Numbered from the stretch's first letter, positions 18,538 to 28,277 are shown. The stretch is 31,039 nucleotides of DNA from an uncultured Gemmatimonadota bacterium (GCA_964576115.1 CAZNUA010000010.1:62001-93039); one strand, 5' to 3'. A program made the numbers and translations. The notes: generated from the sequence alone by a model not told the origin.

Positions 18538-19314
18538 GTGACTGTCCAACTGCTCCTGAGCGTCGCTTTCAGCGGGTTGGACCCCGCTCTCGAGGTCGCC
18601 GTCCGGGAGGGGCTCGGGATCGAGGTGACCCTGTACGATACCGCCTGGCTGATGAGTGATTCAGCTCTAGAGGATGCCGCCCGGATGCGGGAGCGGTTCG
18701 CCGCTCACGATCTGACCATCACCACGCACGGACCGCTCTTCGATCTCAATCCCGGCAGTCTCGATCCCGCCATCCGGGCTTACTCCCGCGAGGCTTTTCT
18801 GCGCGGCATCGAGGTCAGCTCGGCCCTGGGCGCCGGCAAGGTCGTCTACCACACCTTTTTCAATCCCCTGCTGCCCCACAGTGTCCTGCCGGGGTGGAAG
18901 AAGCTCTCCCAACCGGTCTGGGCAGAAGCTCTCGACGCCGCCGACACCGCCGGTCTGACGATCTGCCTGGAGAACAGCTACGAGGCGACGGCCGAATTCT
19001 TCAAGGACCTCTTCGAGACCTTTGATGACGGTCGTCTGCGCATGTGCTACGATCCGGCCCACGTCCATCTCTACAGCCGGGACGGGCAGTCTGCCTGGGT
19101 CGTCACCCTCGGCCACCTGGTGGCTCACCTGCACCTGAACGACAACGAAGGATCGAGCGACGATCACCTCGCTCTCGGTGAGGGTGAAATTCCCTACGCG
19201 AGTTTTCTCCCCGATCTCTGTCTCGCCTGTGAGACGGCGACGATCGTGCTCGAGATGGACGTCGAGAGAGCCCTGAAATCCCTCGAGTACCTGCGCGGTC
19301 TCGATCTGTGGTGA
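18538..19314 (+). CDS. Sugar phosphate isomerase/epimerase (AP endonuclease 2 / xylose-isomerase-like TIM barrel)
   Basis: 'HGPLFDLNPGS.DP.IR', 'VYH', 'LEN', 'DPAH', 'HLHLNDN.G..DDHLALGEGEI', 'VLE'. Confidence 0.85.
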   Translation: MTVQLLLSVAFSGLDPALEVAVREGLGIEVTLYDTAWLMSDSALEDAARMRERFAAHDLTITTHGPLFDLNPGSLDPAIRAYSREAFLRGIEVSSALGAGKVVYHTFFNPLLPHSVLPGWKKLSQPVWAEALDAADTAGLTICLENSYEATAEFFKDLFETFDDGRLRMCYDPAHVHLYSRDGQSAWVVTLGHLVAHLHLNDNEGSSDDHLALGEGEIPYASFLPDLCLACETATIVLEMDVERALKSLEYLRGLDLW

Positions 19315-20876
19315 ACGCCTGGATCGGCATCATCAGTCCCGGCTTGCTGGCCCTCGGCTACGGATTGCTCTTTTTCCTTCCGGTCTGGGTGATCTACCGG
19401 TGGGGAATCCTCAGCGGCAGATTTTCCTTCTTCCGGCGCTCGATCCGCCTGCTCATCATCCTCTGCACCGGGCTGGTCGTGCTGGGATCGGGGGGACGCG
19501 AGGCGGTCAGGGGTCTCGAAACCCTCCTGAACCTCGCGCCCCTGAACGATACTCCCGGCGGGATCATCGATGCCGTTCTGCAGGCCGTTCTGATCATCGT
19601 TGCGGCCCTCTTCATCGCCCGTCTGCTCGACACTCTCATCTTCGAAGCCGGTTTGAGTCGCCGCACCGAACGTCAGGTGCCAAAACTGCTCCGCGACACC
19701 CTGACTCTGGGCATTCTCGTGATCGCCGTCGCCGTCATTCTGGTCGATCTTTTCGGGGTCGACATGACCATCGTCGGGGGTGGGGCCGCGATCATCACGG
19801 TCGTGCTCGGGCTGGCGATGCAGAACGTGCTGGGCGATCTGCTGAGCGGGGTCGTCCTGCAGTTCGAGCGGCCTTTCCGGGTCGGCGACTGGATCATCGT
19901 CGGCGAGCACGAAGGCGAGGTGGTCGAGGTCAACTGGCGTGCGACCCGGCTCAATACCCGCCAGCACGAAGGGATTGTGATCCCCAATTCGGTTATCGCC
20001 AAAGCCGAGATCACCAACCTGCATCTCAACACCCCGAGTGCCGCGGTGGACCGGTTCGTCGGCACCGAGTACCGCGAGCCACCCAACCGGGTCAAGGGTG
20101 CCGTCATGGAAGCCGTGCTGCAGTGCCCCGAGGTTCTGCACCAGCCTCCGCCGCGGATCTGGACTCACGAATACGGTTCGAGTGCCATCATCTACCGGGT
20201 TCGCTTCTGGGTGAAGGACTTCGCCCGGATACCGAAGATCGCCGACGAAGTGCTGACCAACATCTGGTATGTCTTCAAACGCTATGACATCACCATCCCC
20301 TGGCCGATCCGGAACGTCTACCTGCGCCAGGAGGAGAAACCGACCGCCGAGGAACAGGCCGATTCGATCGTCAGCCTGCTGCGCCAGGTCGACATCTTTG
20401 CTCCTCTGACCACCGGCCAGATCGAGGCTCTGGTAAGCGGGCTGGTGCCCAAGTTCTTCGGCCGGGGCGAGGTTCTGGTCGAGCAGGGCGATGAGGGCAA
20501 CTCGTTCTACATCATCGAGCAGGGACGGGTTGAAGTGCTGGTCGTTCCCGAGGGAGCCAGGACCGAGGTGTCGGTGGCCGTGCTCGGTCCGCGCGATTTT
20601 TTCGGCGAGATGAGCCTGCTGGCGGGCGACCGTCGCAACGCCACCGTGCGGGCCATCGAGGACGTGCGGGTCGTGATCATCGACAAGGACGCCTTCAGCA
20701 CGATCATCCTCGAACATCCCGAAGTGGCCGCCGAGATGGCGGCCCTCTACTACCGGCGTACCGAAGAACTGCACGCCATGCACGTCGAGCATACCGGTGT
20801 GAGCGAGGAGGACACCGACGAGGAAACCGGGGAGCGGGCACTGCTGCGCCGGATCCAGCGCTTTTTCGGTCTGTAG
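19308..20876 (+). CDS. MscS-family mechanosensitive channel with C-terminal cyclic-nucleotide-binding domain (bCNG-like)
   Basis: MscS motifs 'GLAMQNVLGDLLSG...PFRVGDWI...GEVVEVNWRAT...IPNS'; CNBD motifs 'QGDEGNSFYII..G.VEV' and 'FFGEMSLL.GDRRNATVRA'. Confidence 0.92.
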   Translation: MVNAWIGIISPGLLALGYGLLFFLPVWVIYRWGILSGRFSFFRRSIRLLIILCTGLVVLGSGGREAVRGLETLLNLAPLNDTPGGIIDAVLQAVLIIVAALFIARLLDTLIFEAGLSRRTERQVPKLLRDTLTLGILVIAVAVILVDLFGVDMTIVGGGAAIITVVLGLAMQNVLGDLLSGVVLQFERPFRVGDWIIVGEHEGEVVEVNWRATRLNTRQHEGIVIPNSVIAKAEITNLHLNTPSAAVDRFVGTEYREPPNRVKGAVMEAVLQCPEVLHQPPPRIWTHEYGSSAIIYRVRFWVKDFARIPKIADEVLTNIWYVFKRYDITIPWPIRNVYLRQEEKPTAEEQADSIVSLLRQVDIFAPLTTGQIEALVSGLVPKFFGRGEVLVEQGDEGNSFYIIEQGRVEVLVVPEGARTEVSVAVLGPRDFFGEMSLLAGDRRNATVRAIEDVRVVIIDKDAFSTIILEHPEVAAEMAALYYRRTEELHAMHVEHTGVSEEDTDEETGERALLRRIQRFFGL

Positions 20877-21056
20877 TGAACCGGTATACTCTGTTCTCGT
20901 GCGACCCGGAAACACGAGCACGAAAAAAATGGAGGAGAGACGGTTTTACTGGCAGGGTAGGGGCTATCCACGCTACAATGTTGTCGCTAGCCGCTTCGGG
21001 TAGCTCTTCCCCGCGACAGAAGAGCCTCTCCTGACACTCCTGTGGAGGGTGTGACT

Positions 21057-22181
21057 ATGCCTGCAGGTTTCCGACTGCGTACGGCTGCTGTCTGTACGTT
21101 GTTCCTGCTCCTGGCGCCGCTGGCGGCCCGGGCGCAGGTCAACGTCGTCTTCATCTGGCACCAGCCCGACATGCAGACCTTCTACCTGGCCGATTTCTTC
21201 GACATGGCCCAGGAATCGGTCGATACCAGTCAGCAACCCGATCTGTTCACCTTTCAGCTCATCAACACCCTGGGGATCGATCAGTTGGTCTCGCTCCGTC
21301 TTACCCTCCGGGTGGAAGGACTCGACATCGATGAGCTGGGTTGGGTGCAGACCAATCTCTTCACTCTCGAGCCGGCAGGGCTGACAATAAATAATCGCGA
21401 GTTCTCGGCCGAAGGGCAGCCCTGGACGATCGATGGAGATAAATCGGGCTACGATGAAGATGTTGCTGAGGACCTGACCGACACGATCCTGCAGACCGGT
21501 CTGTTGCCCAGCGACACCTATACTTTCAAACTCGAGGTATACGATCAGTATGATCAGCCCATACCTGGAGGATCATCGAGCTATTCCCTGATCGTTTCCA
21601 ACCCCAGCCGGGTCGACCTCGTCGCCCCGGGAGCCGAGTTCGGTTCCACCCTGCCGGTGGTGGCCACCGCCACCCCCCAGTTTTTCTGGTCCACCGACGC
21701 GGCCGCCACGGGCCTGACCCAGCGCTATACCATCCGGGTCGTCAAAGTCGAGGACTCGGCCTCGGCCGAAGAGGTCATGCAGGGGTATGCCAACTGGGAG
21801 GCTGTCATCGAGGACAAGACCACCGAGATCTACCCCTCGGCCGTGAATGCGATCGCATTGGACCCCGGAGCTACCTACGCCTGGCAGGTGATCCGGCATG
21901 TGACGACCTCGGGCGGCACGATCGATCTGGAGAGCGAGATTTTCTGGTTCAAGCTCGAAGACCAGTCGGGCGGGGTGATCGGCGCCACGGTTGACGAGCA
22001 GGTCAACCAGATGGTCAATCAGATTCAGGATATCCAGGGTGTCGGGAGCCAGATGGAGGGATACGAGCCCACCGGTCAGGTTTTCATCGACGGCCAGCCG
22101 GTCGATATCAACACTCTGAAGGACCTGCTCGAACAGATCCTGAACGGTGTCGTCCAGATCTCGAGCATCATCATCAGGTAA
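21057..22181 (+). CDS. Secreted hypothetical protein with beta-sandwich/FN3-like domains
   Basis: Signal peptide (ARA-Q). RBS GGAGGG before ATG 21057. 'LVAPG...PQFFWS...YTIRV...YP....LDPGATYAWQV' pattern. Confidence 0.7.
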   Translation: MPAGFRLRTAAVCTLFLLLAPLAARAQVNVVFIWHQPDMQTFYLADFFDMAQESVDTSQQPDLFTFQLINTLGIDQLVSLRLTLRVEGLDIDELGWVQTNLFTLEPAGLTINNREFSAEGQPWTIDGDKSGYDEDVAEDLTDTILQTGLLPSDTYTFKLEVYDQYDQPIPGGSSSYSLIVSNPSRVDLVAPGAEFGSTLPVVATATPQFFWSTDAAATGLTQRYTIRVVKVEDSASAEEVMQGYANWEAVIEDKTTEIYPSAVNAIALDPGATYAWQVIRHVTTSGGTIDLESEIFWFKLEDQSGGVIGATVDEQVNQMVNQIQDIQGVGSQMEGYEPTGQVFIDGQPVDINTLKDLLEQILNGVVQISSIIIR

Positions 22182-22192
22182 GGAGGAAACCC

Positions 22193-22951
22193 ATGCGACG
22201 CACACTGACAGGCACGCTGCTGGGGATCCTCCTGGTGGGGATTCTCTCGGCCACTGCCGCGGCCCAGCAGCAGAATATCGCCATCGTCTACCGGCTGCTG
22301 CGCCAACAGCAGCTCCTGGTGACCGACCTCGAAGGGACCGGCTACCAGGCCGAAATCGGCCGCATCCTCAACAACGGCGACGACCTTTACACCGGCCGTG
22401 ACACCCAGGCGGCGATACGCTTCACCGACGACGGCTCGATCATGCGTATGAATCCGTCGACCCAGATGCAGATCCGGGCCGAGGGCGAGCGAGCGGCTCT
22501 GCGCAAGACCCTGCAGATCGAAGTCGGCGAGCTGTGGGCCCGTGTAAACCGAAACGAAGGGGCCGAGTACCGCATCGAGACCCCGACAGCGGTGGCGGCC
22601 GTGAAGGGGACCGAGTTCTACGTCCGGGTGACCGAGGACGGGACCACCACCATCATCACCCTCGAGGGAGCCCTCGACTTTTTCAATGACGTCGGATCGG
22701 TCGAGATTCCGGCCGGTTTCACGGGTTCGAGTGTTTCGACCAGTGAAGCCCCGACGGTGGGAAAAACCACCAGCGAGGGACTGGCTTCCTTCACCTCGGT
22801 CGGCGCCAGTGAAGAGGGCGGCGCTGCGGGCGAGGAGGAAATGGTGGAGATCGAAATCGAATTCATGGACGAGAATGGGAACCGGAAGGTGATGGTGATC
22901 ACGGTTCCCAAATCGCAGGCGCAACAGTTCATACCGCCGGTACTGAACTGA
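22193..22951 (+). CDS. FecR-domain secreted protein
   Basis: Signal peptide; 'LNNGDDLYTG....AAIRFTDDGS.MRMNPST', 'GELWARV', 'IETPTAVAAVKGTEFYV', 'LEG'. RBS AAGGAGG. Confidence 0.88.
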   Translation: MRRTLTGTLLGILLVGILSATAAAQQQNIAIVYRLLRQQQLLVTDLEGTGYQAEIGRILNNGDDLYTGRDTQAAIRFTDDGSIMRMNPSTQMQIRAEGERAALRKTLQIEVGELWARVNRNEGAEYRIETPTAVAAVKGTEFYVRVTEDGTTTIITLEGALDFFNDVGSVEIPAGFTGSSVSTSEAPTVGKTTSEGLASFTSVGASEEGGAAGEEEMVEIEIEFMDENGNRKVMVITVPKSQAQQFIPPVLN

Positions 22952-22970
22952 CCACGGAGGGATACCAGCC

Positions 22971-25148
22971 ATGCAGACGATACAGACCATAATCGGCGCG
23001 CGGCTCCTTCGGTGGAGCTGTGCCGTTCTCCTGCTCCTGGCCGCAGCCTCGCCGGCCGCCGGTCAGGCAGCGGGTTTTTCAACCCTGATTCTCTCACCCG
23101 ATCCGGGCAGTTCGATACCCCAGACCACGGCCATGGTTTCGCTCTCCTTCGTGGATCCCGATCGGGTTCTGGATGTCAACAGCGTCAGGCTGCTCATCGA
23201 CGGCGCCGACGTGACCGGCGAGGCGAGCATCAACGCCGACGTGCTGGTCTGGCTGCCGCAGACGCCCCTGGCCCGGGGACCGCACCGCATCGTGGTGACC
23301 ATGCAGGCCCGCGACGGTTCGGCTCTGCCGACGGTGAACTGGAGCTTCATCACGGCCTCGCCGCCGGCCGGCGTCACTCCGGGTGAGATGCCCGCCACCG
23401 AGCGGGGGGGAGTTCCCGGCTGGGCCATGGTGCAGGGTAATGTCGTTCTCGAAGGGGGCATGAACTCGGTTGGTGGTGACGGGGCCGCCTACCGGCGGGA
23501 ATCTCCCTACACCGGCAGGGCCTGGGTCAACCTGCGCGGCCGGCTGGGCGGTTCGTGGCGCTATAATGCCTACTCGCACGTCAACAGCTACGAATCGCAC
23601 ACCCGCCAGCCGATAAACCGTTTCAGCTTCAACCTGCGCAGCAACTGGCTTTCGGTCGGGGTCGGCGACGTCACCCCCCGGATGCACGAGCTGATTCTGT
23701 GGGGCCGGAGGGTGCGGGGTTGGTCGGTCGATCTGCGCACCGGACCGGTCAACCTCTCGGTCGTCAGCGGTCAGAGCCGCCGGGCGGTCGAGGGCCAGCT
23801 GTACGGCAACGATCCGACCAGTGTCTATCGCCGCGGTGTTTTCGATCAGGACCTGCTGGCGATACGACCCTCCTTCGGTTCGGGCCGGACCTTCCAGCTC
23901 GGGCTGACCGTTCTCAAGGTCCGCGACGATATCAATTCGCTGACCGAACTGCGCACTGAGGCTGAATCACCCGGGGGGCCGACACAGTCGGCCAATACTT
24001 TGCCCAAGGACAACCTCGCCCTGGGGCTCGACCTGAGCATCAGGACTTTCCGGGGCCGACTCTCCCTGAGTTATGCCAACGCGGTCAGCATGTACAACAA
24101 CGACATCACCGGCGGCCCCATCACCAAGAGCGAGCTCGATTCGTTGATGGAAGAGCAGGGGTACGATCCGATCGAACTCCCCTTTGGCCTGGAAGGTCCC
24201 GAGGATCTGGAAAACATCTTCATTCTCAGCGAATCGATGATTCCTCTCGATCCGACCGCTTTGACCAGCCTGGCCCAGCAGGCCCGGTTGACCCTGCAGC
24301 TCGGTTCTCACACCCTCGGCGCCCGCTGGCGCCAGGTGGGGGGTTCCTACTACTCGCTCGGGTACATGAGCCTGCAGCGCGACCGGGACGGCCTGCGGAT
24401 CCAGGACACCTTCCGCCTCTTCAATGACAAACTTGGAGTGACGGTGGGGTGGGAGACCTACGCCGACAACCTGGATGAGACCAAACCGGCCACCACCTCG
24501 AATCAGTCTTTAACCCTCGATCTGTTCTATCAGCCCGATCCCCAGGCACCGGGATTCGCTTTCGGGTACCGTGACTACAACCGGCAGAACGATCTGGATG
24601 AGGGGGATACGGGTGCCATGGAGGAATCGACCGGCACCATCTCGGCCGGCGCTTTCATCCCGGTACGGGTGGTGAGCGGCCTGAACACCCGTGCCAGTTT
24701 CAACTTCACGCGGGTGGGCCGCGATGACGTGCGCAATCCGCGCACCGGTACGAAGAACAGTTACCTCCTCTTCGGGCTGAACAACAAGTTCGAGAACCGG
24801 CCGACCGAATTCTCGCTGACCTACGGTATCAACACCAGTGAGTTGACGGGCTATGAGAATGCCGCGACCACTTTCAACCGGGTGATGCTGCGGGCTCGCC
24901 ACGCCTTTTCCGAGCGCATCGCCGGGCTGGCCGACATGGTCGCCACCTATGCCACCAGTCCTCCGGAGGCGGGCAACCTCGGTCTGAGTTACGATCGGTT
25001 GGAGATGACCGCCGGTAGTGAGTACTACTGGGCGGCGACCTCGTACGCCAGCCTGCGGGCGGGGTTCATCTCCTACACCGACAACCGCCGGACCGGTCTC
25101 GACACGACCCAGTTCGTCGTCCGGCTCAGACTCACCCAGGCCTTCTGA
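22971..25148 (+). CDS. Large outer-membrane beta-barrel protein with N-terminal Ig-like domain
   Basis: Signal peptide; Ig-like segment 'SVRLLIDGADVT...PLARGPHRIVV...VNWSF'; many amphipathic strands ('VGDVTP.M.ELIL.GRRVRG'); C-terminal 'FVVRLRLTQAF' BAM-type signal. Confidence 0.75.
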   Translation: MQTIQTIIGARLLRWSCAVLLLLAAASPAAGQAAGFSTLILSPDPGSSIPQTTAMVSLSFVDPDRVLDVNSVRLLIDGADVTGEASINADVLVWLPQTPLARGPHRIVVTMQARDGSALPTVNWSFITASPPAGVTPGEMPATERGGVPGWAMVQGNVVLEGGMNSVGGDGAAYRRESPYTGRAWVNLRGRLGGSWRYNAYSHVNSYESHTRQPINRFSFNLRSNWLSVGVGDVTPRMHELILWGRRVRGWSVDLRTGPVNLSVVSGQSRRAVEGQLYGNDPTSVYRRGVFDQDLLAIRPSFGSGRTFQLGLTVLKVRDDINSLTELRTEAESPGGPTQSANTLPKDNLALGLDLSIRTFRGRLSLSYANAVSMYNNDITGGPITKSELDSLMEEQGYDPIELPFGLEGPEDLENIFILSESMIPLDPTALTSLAQQARLTLQLGSHTLGARWRQVGGSYYSLGYMSLQRDRDGLRIQDTFRLFNDKLGVTVGWETYADNLDETKPATTSNQSLTLDLFYQPDPQAPGFAFGYRDYNRQNDLDEGDTGAMEESTGTISAGAFIPVRVVSGLNTRASFNFTRVGRDDVRNPRTGTKNSYLLFGLNNKFENRPTEFSLTYGINTSELTGYENAATTFNRVMLRARHAFSERIAGLADMVATYATSPPEAGNLGLSYDRLEMTAGSEYYWAATSYASLRAGFISYTDNRRTGLDTTQFVVRLRLTQAF

Positions 25149-25161
25149 GCCGCTGCGGGCA

Positions 25162-27276
25162 GTGGCTGAAGGCTCGAGCAAACAGGAACGCCGCGTTCGC
25201 CTGACCCTGGCGGGCGTGGCGTTTCTCGTTTCTCTGGTCACCATCATCTGGTCGGTGCTTCCTGTCGGGCGCCGGCTCGAGAACGCCGCCTACGATACCT
25301 GGTTCAACCTGCGCGGCACCATTGAACGGCCCGAAGAAATCGTCCTGGTGGCCATCGATATCGAATCGGAGGAGTCGCTCGGACGTTATCCGTGGGAACG
25401 CACCCATCACGCCACCCTGATCCGCAATCTGGCCCGGGCCGGGGTGAAGGTGGTGGCCTTCGACGCCACCTTTGCCGACGTCTTCCCCGATCAGGATCCG
25501 ATCCTGCGCCGGGCCATCGAGGAAACAGGGATCGTCATCCTGGGGGCCAAGACGGCGGTGAATATCCGCAGCCAGGCGGTCACGGTCCGTCTCGAGGAAC
25601 CGGCTCCCGAGCTGAGGGACGCTGCCCCCTACGGCATCGTGGACATCCATCCCGATGTCGTCGACCAGGTGGTCCGGGAATATCCCATCGCGCACTACTA
25701 TCAGCGGGGTACGCTGCAGGTACCCCAGCTCGGCGTCCAGGCCCTGAAGATGTATCTCGGCATCCCCCTGAGCGATACCGTCGCCGTGACCCCCCGCGGC
25801 TGGCGGCTGGGAGAGATCGATATTCCGCGCGGACCGTCGGGGAACATGCTGATTAGCTACACCGGCCTGCGGGGTCACATCACCACGTATTCCTACGTGT
25901 CCATCGTGGATGACGCCGAGACCGATATCGGCGACTGGGATTTCGATGCTTTCGAGGACCTGCTGGCCGAAGACCGTCTGCGGGGCAAGATGGCCTTTGT
26001 GGGCAGTACCGTGCCCGAACACCAGGATCTGCGGGCAACCCCCTTCGCCGCCGAAGAAGGTACGGCCGGAGCGATCCTGACCCCCGGGGTCGAGATCCAT
26101 GCCAACGCGGTCGACACCATCCTCAAGCAGCGTTTCATCCGGGCCACCTCCCCGGGCTTCGATCTGCTGCTGATCATCCTGGCCGGCATCCTGGTCACGC
26201 TGCTTACCGCTCGTCTGCGGGCCCGGGCGGGGGGGGTGGCCGGTCTGGGCATCGTGGCCGTGCTGCTGGCGGCCGGCTGGATCTGCTTTCGCGCCTTCTC
26301 GCTCTGGGTGCCCGTCATCTCACCCGTCATCGCGGCCGTGCTGGCCTACTCCGGCTCCACGGTGGCTCTCTACCTGGCCGAGCAGCAGGAAAAGAAACGT
26401 ATCCGGGGCATGTTCCAGCAGTATGTTGCCCCTTCGGTTGTGAGTGAACTGCTGGCCCATCCCGAGCTGCTCGACCTGGGTGGCGAGGAACGCGAGGCCA
26501 CGGTGCTTTTTTGCGACATAGCCGGTTTTACGAATATCTCGGAAGGATTGAGTCCGACTGAACTGGTCAGGTTGCTGAACGACTACCTGACCGATATGAC
26601 CGAGATCGTCTATCAGTTCAACGGCATCATCGACAAGTATCAGGGCGATGCCATGATGGCCGAGTTCGGCGTGCCCGTCCCCCATCCCGACCACGCCCTG
26701 CAGAGTTGCCTGGCGGCCATCGAGATGCAGCGTCGCCTGACCGACATGCGCCAGATCTGGAAAGAGGAGGGCCGGCCCGAACTGCACTCGCGGATCGGCA
26801 TCAACACCGGTCCGATGCTGGTCGGCAACCTGGGCAGCAATCACATCATGGATTATACCGTGATGGGAGATAACGTGAACCTTGCCTCACGCCTCGAAGG
26901 GGTCAACAAGGTTTACGGCACCATCATCTGCATCAGCGAGTCGACCTACGACCAGCTGCAGGGCGAGCTGATCTGCCGCGAGCTCGATCTCATCAGAGTC
27001 AAGGGCAAGCAGCAGCCGGTCCGGATCTTCGAAGTGCTCGAAACGGTCGACCACGGCATCCCCGGGGGTCGCTACAGCATGCTCGAGCGCTACGAGATGG
27101 CCCTGATGTTTTACCGCGATCAGCGTTTCCCGGATGCCCTGGAACTCTTCACCGAACTGCACGAAATCGATCCCGATGACGGCCCCACCCGGGTGGGCAA
27201 AATGCGGTGTGAGGCATATGTCGAGAATCCACCACCCCCCGACTGGGACGGCGTTTTCACGATGACGACGAAATAG
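25162..27276 (+). CDS. CHASE2-domain class III adenylate cyclase
   Basis: CHASE2 motifs 'IVLVAID.ES..LGRYPWER..HA', 'FDATF', 'PGVEIHAN', then 3 TMs; cyclase motifs 'FCDIAGFT', 'DKYQGDA', 'RIGINTG', 'DYTVMGDNVNLASRLE'. Lys/Thr specificity residues indicate ATP. GTG 25162 start is inferred. Confidence 0.92.
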   Translation: MAEGSSKQERRVRLTLAGVAFLVSLVTIIWSVLPVGRRLENAAYDTWFNLRGTIERPEEIVLVAIDIESEESLGRYPWERTHHATLIRNLARAGVKVVAFDATFADVFPDQDPILRRAIEETGIVILGAKTAVNIRSQAVTVRLEEPAPELRDAAPYGIVDIHPDVVDQVVREYPIAHYYQRGTLQVPQLGVQALKMYLGIPLSDTVAVTPRGWRLGEIDIPRGPSGNMLISYTGLRGHITTYSYVSIVDDAETDIGDWDFDAFEDLLAEDRLRGKMAFVGSTVPEHQDLRATPFAAEEGTAGAILTPGVEIHANAVDTILKQRFIRATSPGFDLLLIILAGILVTLLTARLRARAGGVAGLGIVAVLLAAGWICFRAFSLWVPVISPVIAAVLAYSGSTVALYLAEQQEKKRIRGMFQQYVAPSVVSELLAHPELLDLGGEEREATVLFCDIAGFTNISEGLSPTELVRLLNDYLTDMTEIVYQFNGIIDKYQGDAMMAEFGVPVPHPDHALQSCLAAIEMQRRLTDMRQIWKEEGRPELHSRIGINTGPMLVGNLGSNHIMDYTVMGDNVNLASRLEGVNKVYGTIICISESTYDQLQGELICRELDLIRVKGKQQPVRIFEVLETVDHGIPGGRYSMLERYEMALMFYRDQRFPDALELFTELHEIDPDDGPTRVGKMRCEAYVENPPPPDWDGVFTMTTK

Positions 27277-27300
27277 GGGCGGATCTCGTCGACCCGCCCC
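27276..27300. terminator. Hairpin between convergent genes
   Basis: GGGGCGG-N11-CCGCCCC right after the cyclase stop; no U-tract. Confidence 0.3.
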
Positions 27301-27343
27301 CCTGGCTGCGAACTGCGCTCCGCCTGCCGGTGCGAACTCAGGC

Positions 27344-28156
27344 CTACCGATACGATCCCAGCCTGGTCGTGGCGTTGTCGCCCTCAGCAACCAGTTCCAG
27401 GGTGAAGTTATAGGAGTCGAGCCCCTCAACATCCTCCTCGGTGCTGCGTGCCGACGAGGTGCCGTACTTCACGTACCCGCCCGGCACGTCATCGACGAGC
27501 CACCACTCAACAGTACCGCCACTGGCCATGTCGCCGTAACGGACGTGACGGGCGGTATAGGTGCCGGCCTCGACACTCACCCGGCCGGTTTCGACGGTGG
27601 CTCCCTCGAGACTTTCGTCGGTCAGGTCGATCGGATCGGCGAAGACGGCTGCAGTACCCTCCTCCACTGCCATCTCGCTGGCTTCCTGGTCGGGGAACTT
27701 GCCTCGCATGCGCAGTACTTCCGAGCGTTCGGCGTCAAAGAGAGCTTCGATGATGACGGTATCCTCGCTGTCGGCATCGTACATCTCGACCCGCCACCAC
27801 TGCTCGCCGGTGTCGGTTTGCTTAAGAAACGCCCGCTCGATCCACGAACCCGTTTCCCGGCCGTCCTCGATGAACTTCCAGCGGGTCCAGTCGCCTTCCT
27901 GATAGGGCACGGTTTCGACCCAGTACCCGCCCGGAGTGAAAGCGAAGTTGAACATGTACGAGGCGTAGATGTGTGCGAACCGCGGTGTGTAGGTACGCAC
28001 GATATGCTGTCCGACCGCTCGTCCCGCAGCTTCGCCGACCGTCCTGCCGGCGGTGCGGCCGGCGGAACTGATCGCCGATTCGATCACCGAGCTGCAGGCG
28101 GTTGCGACAATGAGTGCGACCAGAGCGGTCAGGACGAAAGAAAGTGTACGCTTCAT
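27344..28156 (-). CDS. Hypothetical lipoprotein
   Basis: MKR plus hydrophobic core and ATA-C lipobox; Gly/Ala-rich helix, then a beta-rich acidic domain. RBS GAGGGG. Confidence 0.75.
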   Translation of the reverse strand: MKRTLSFVLTALVALIVATACSSVIESAISSAGRTAGRTVGEAAGRAVGQHIVRTYTPRFAHIYASYMFNFAFTPGGYWVETVPYQEGDWTRWKFIEDGRETGSWIERAFLKQTDTGEQWWRVEMYDADSEDTVIIEALFDAERSEVLRMRGKFPDQEASEMAVEEGTAAVFADPIDLTDESLEGATVETGRVSVEAGTYTARHVRYGDMASGGTVEWWLVDDVPGGYVKYGTSSARSTEEDVEGLDSYNFTLELVAEGDNATTRLGSYR

Positions 28157-28227
28157 CGGTGTTACCCCTCGTTGGTGGTCTGCCGTTGATGAAAGTCAGA
28201 GGGGAAAAGGTTTTTCCCTCCCACCGG

Positions 28228-28256
28228 ATGATACTCACGGGGGTGGTACCCGACAA
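28228..28256 (-). promoter_or_regulatory. Sigma70-type promoter for the lipoprotein gene
   Basis: On the minus strand: TTGTCG (28256-28251), 17-bp spacer, TATCAT (28233-28228). Confidence 0.55.
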
Positions 28257-28277
28257 GGGGACAGGCAGGAGAGAAAG

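Noticed and set aside
20896-20929. Hairpin CTCGTG...CACGAG followed by an A-run after the MscS gene
   Set aside because: Short stem, large loop, and the A-tract would serve the opposite strand, where no gene ends.
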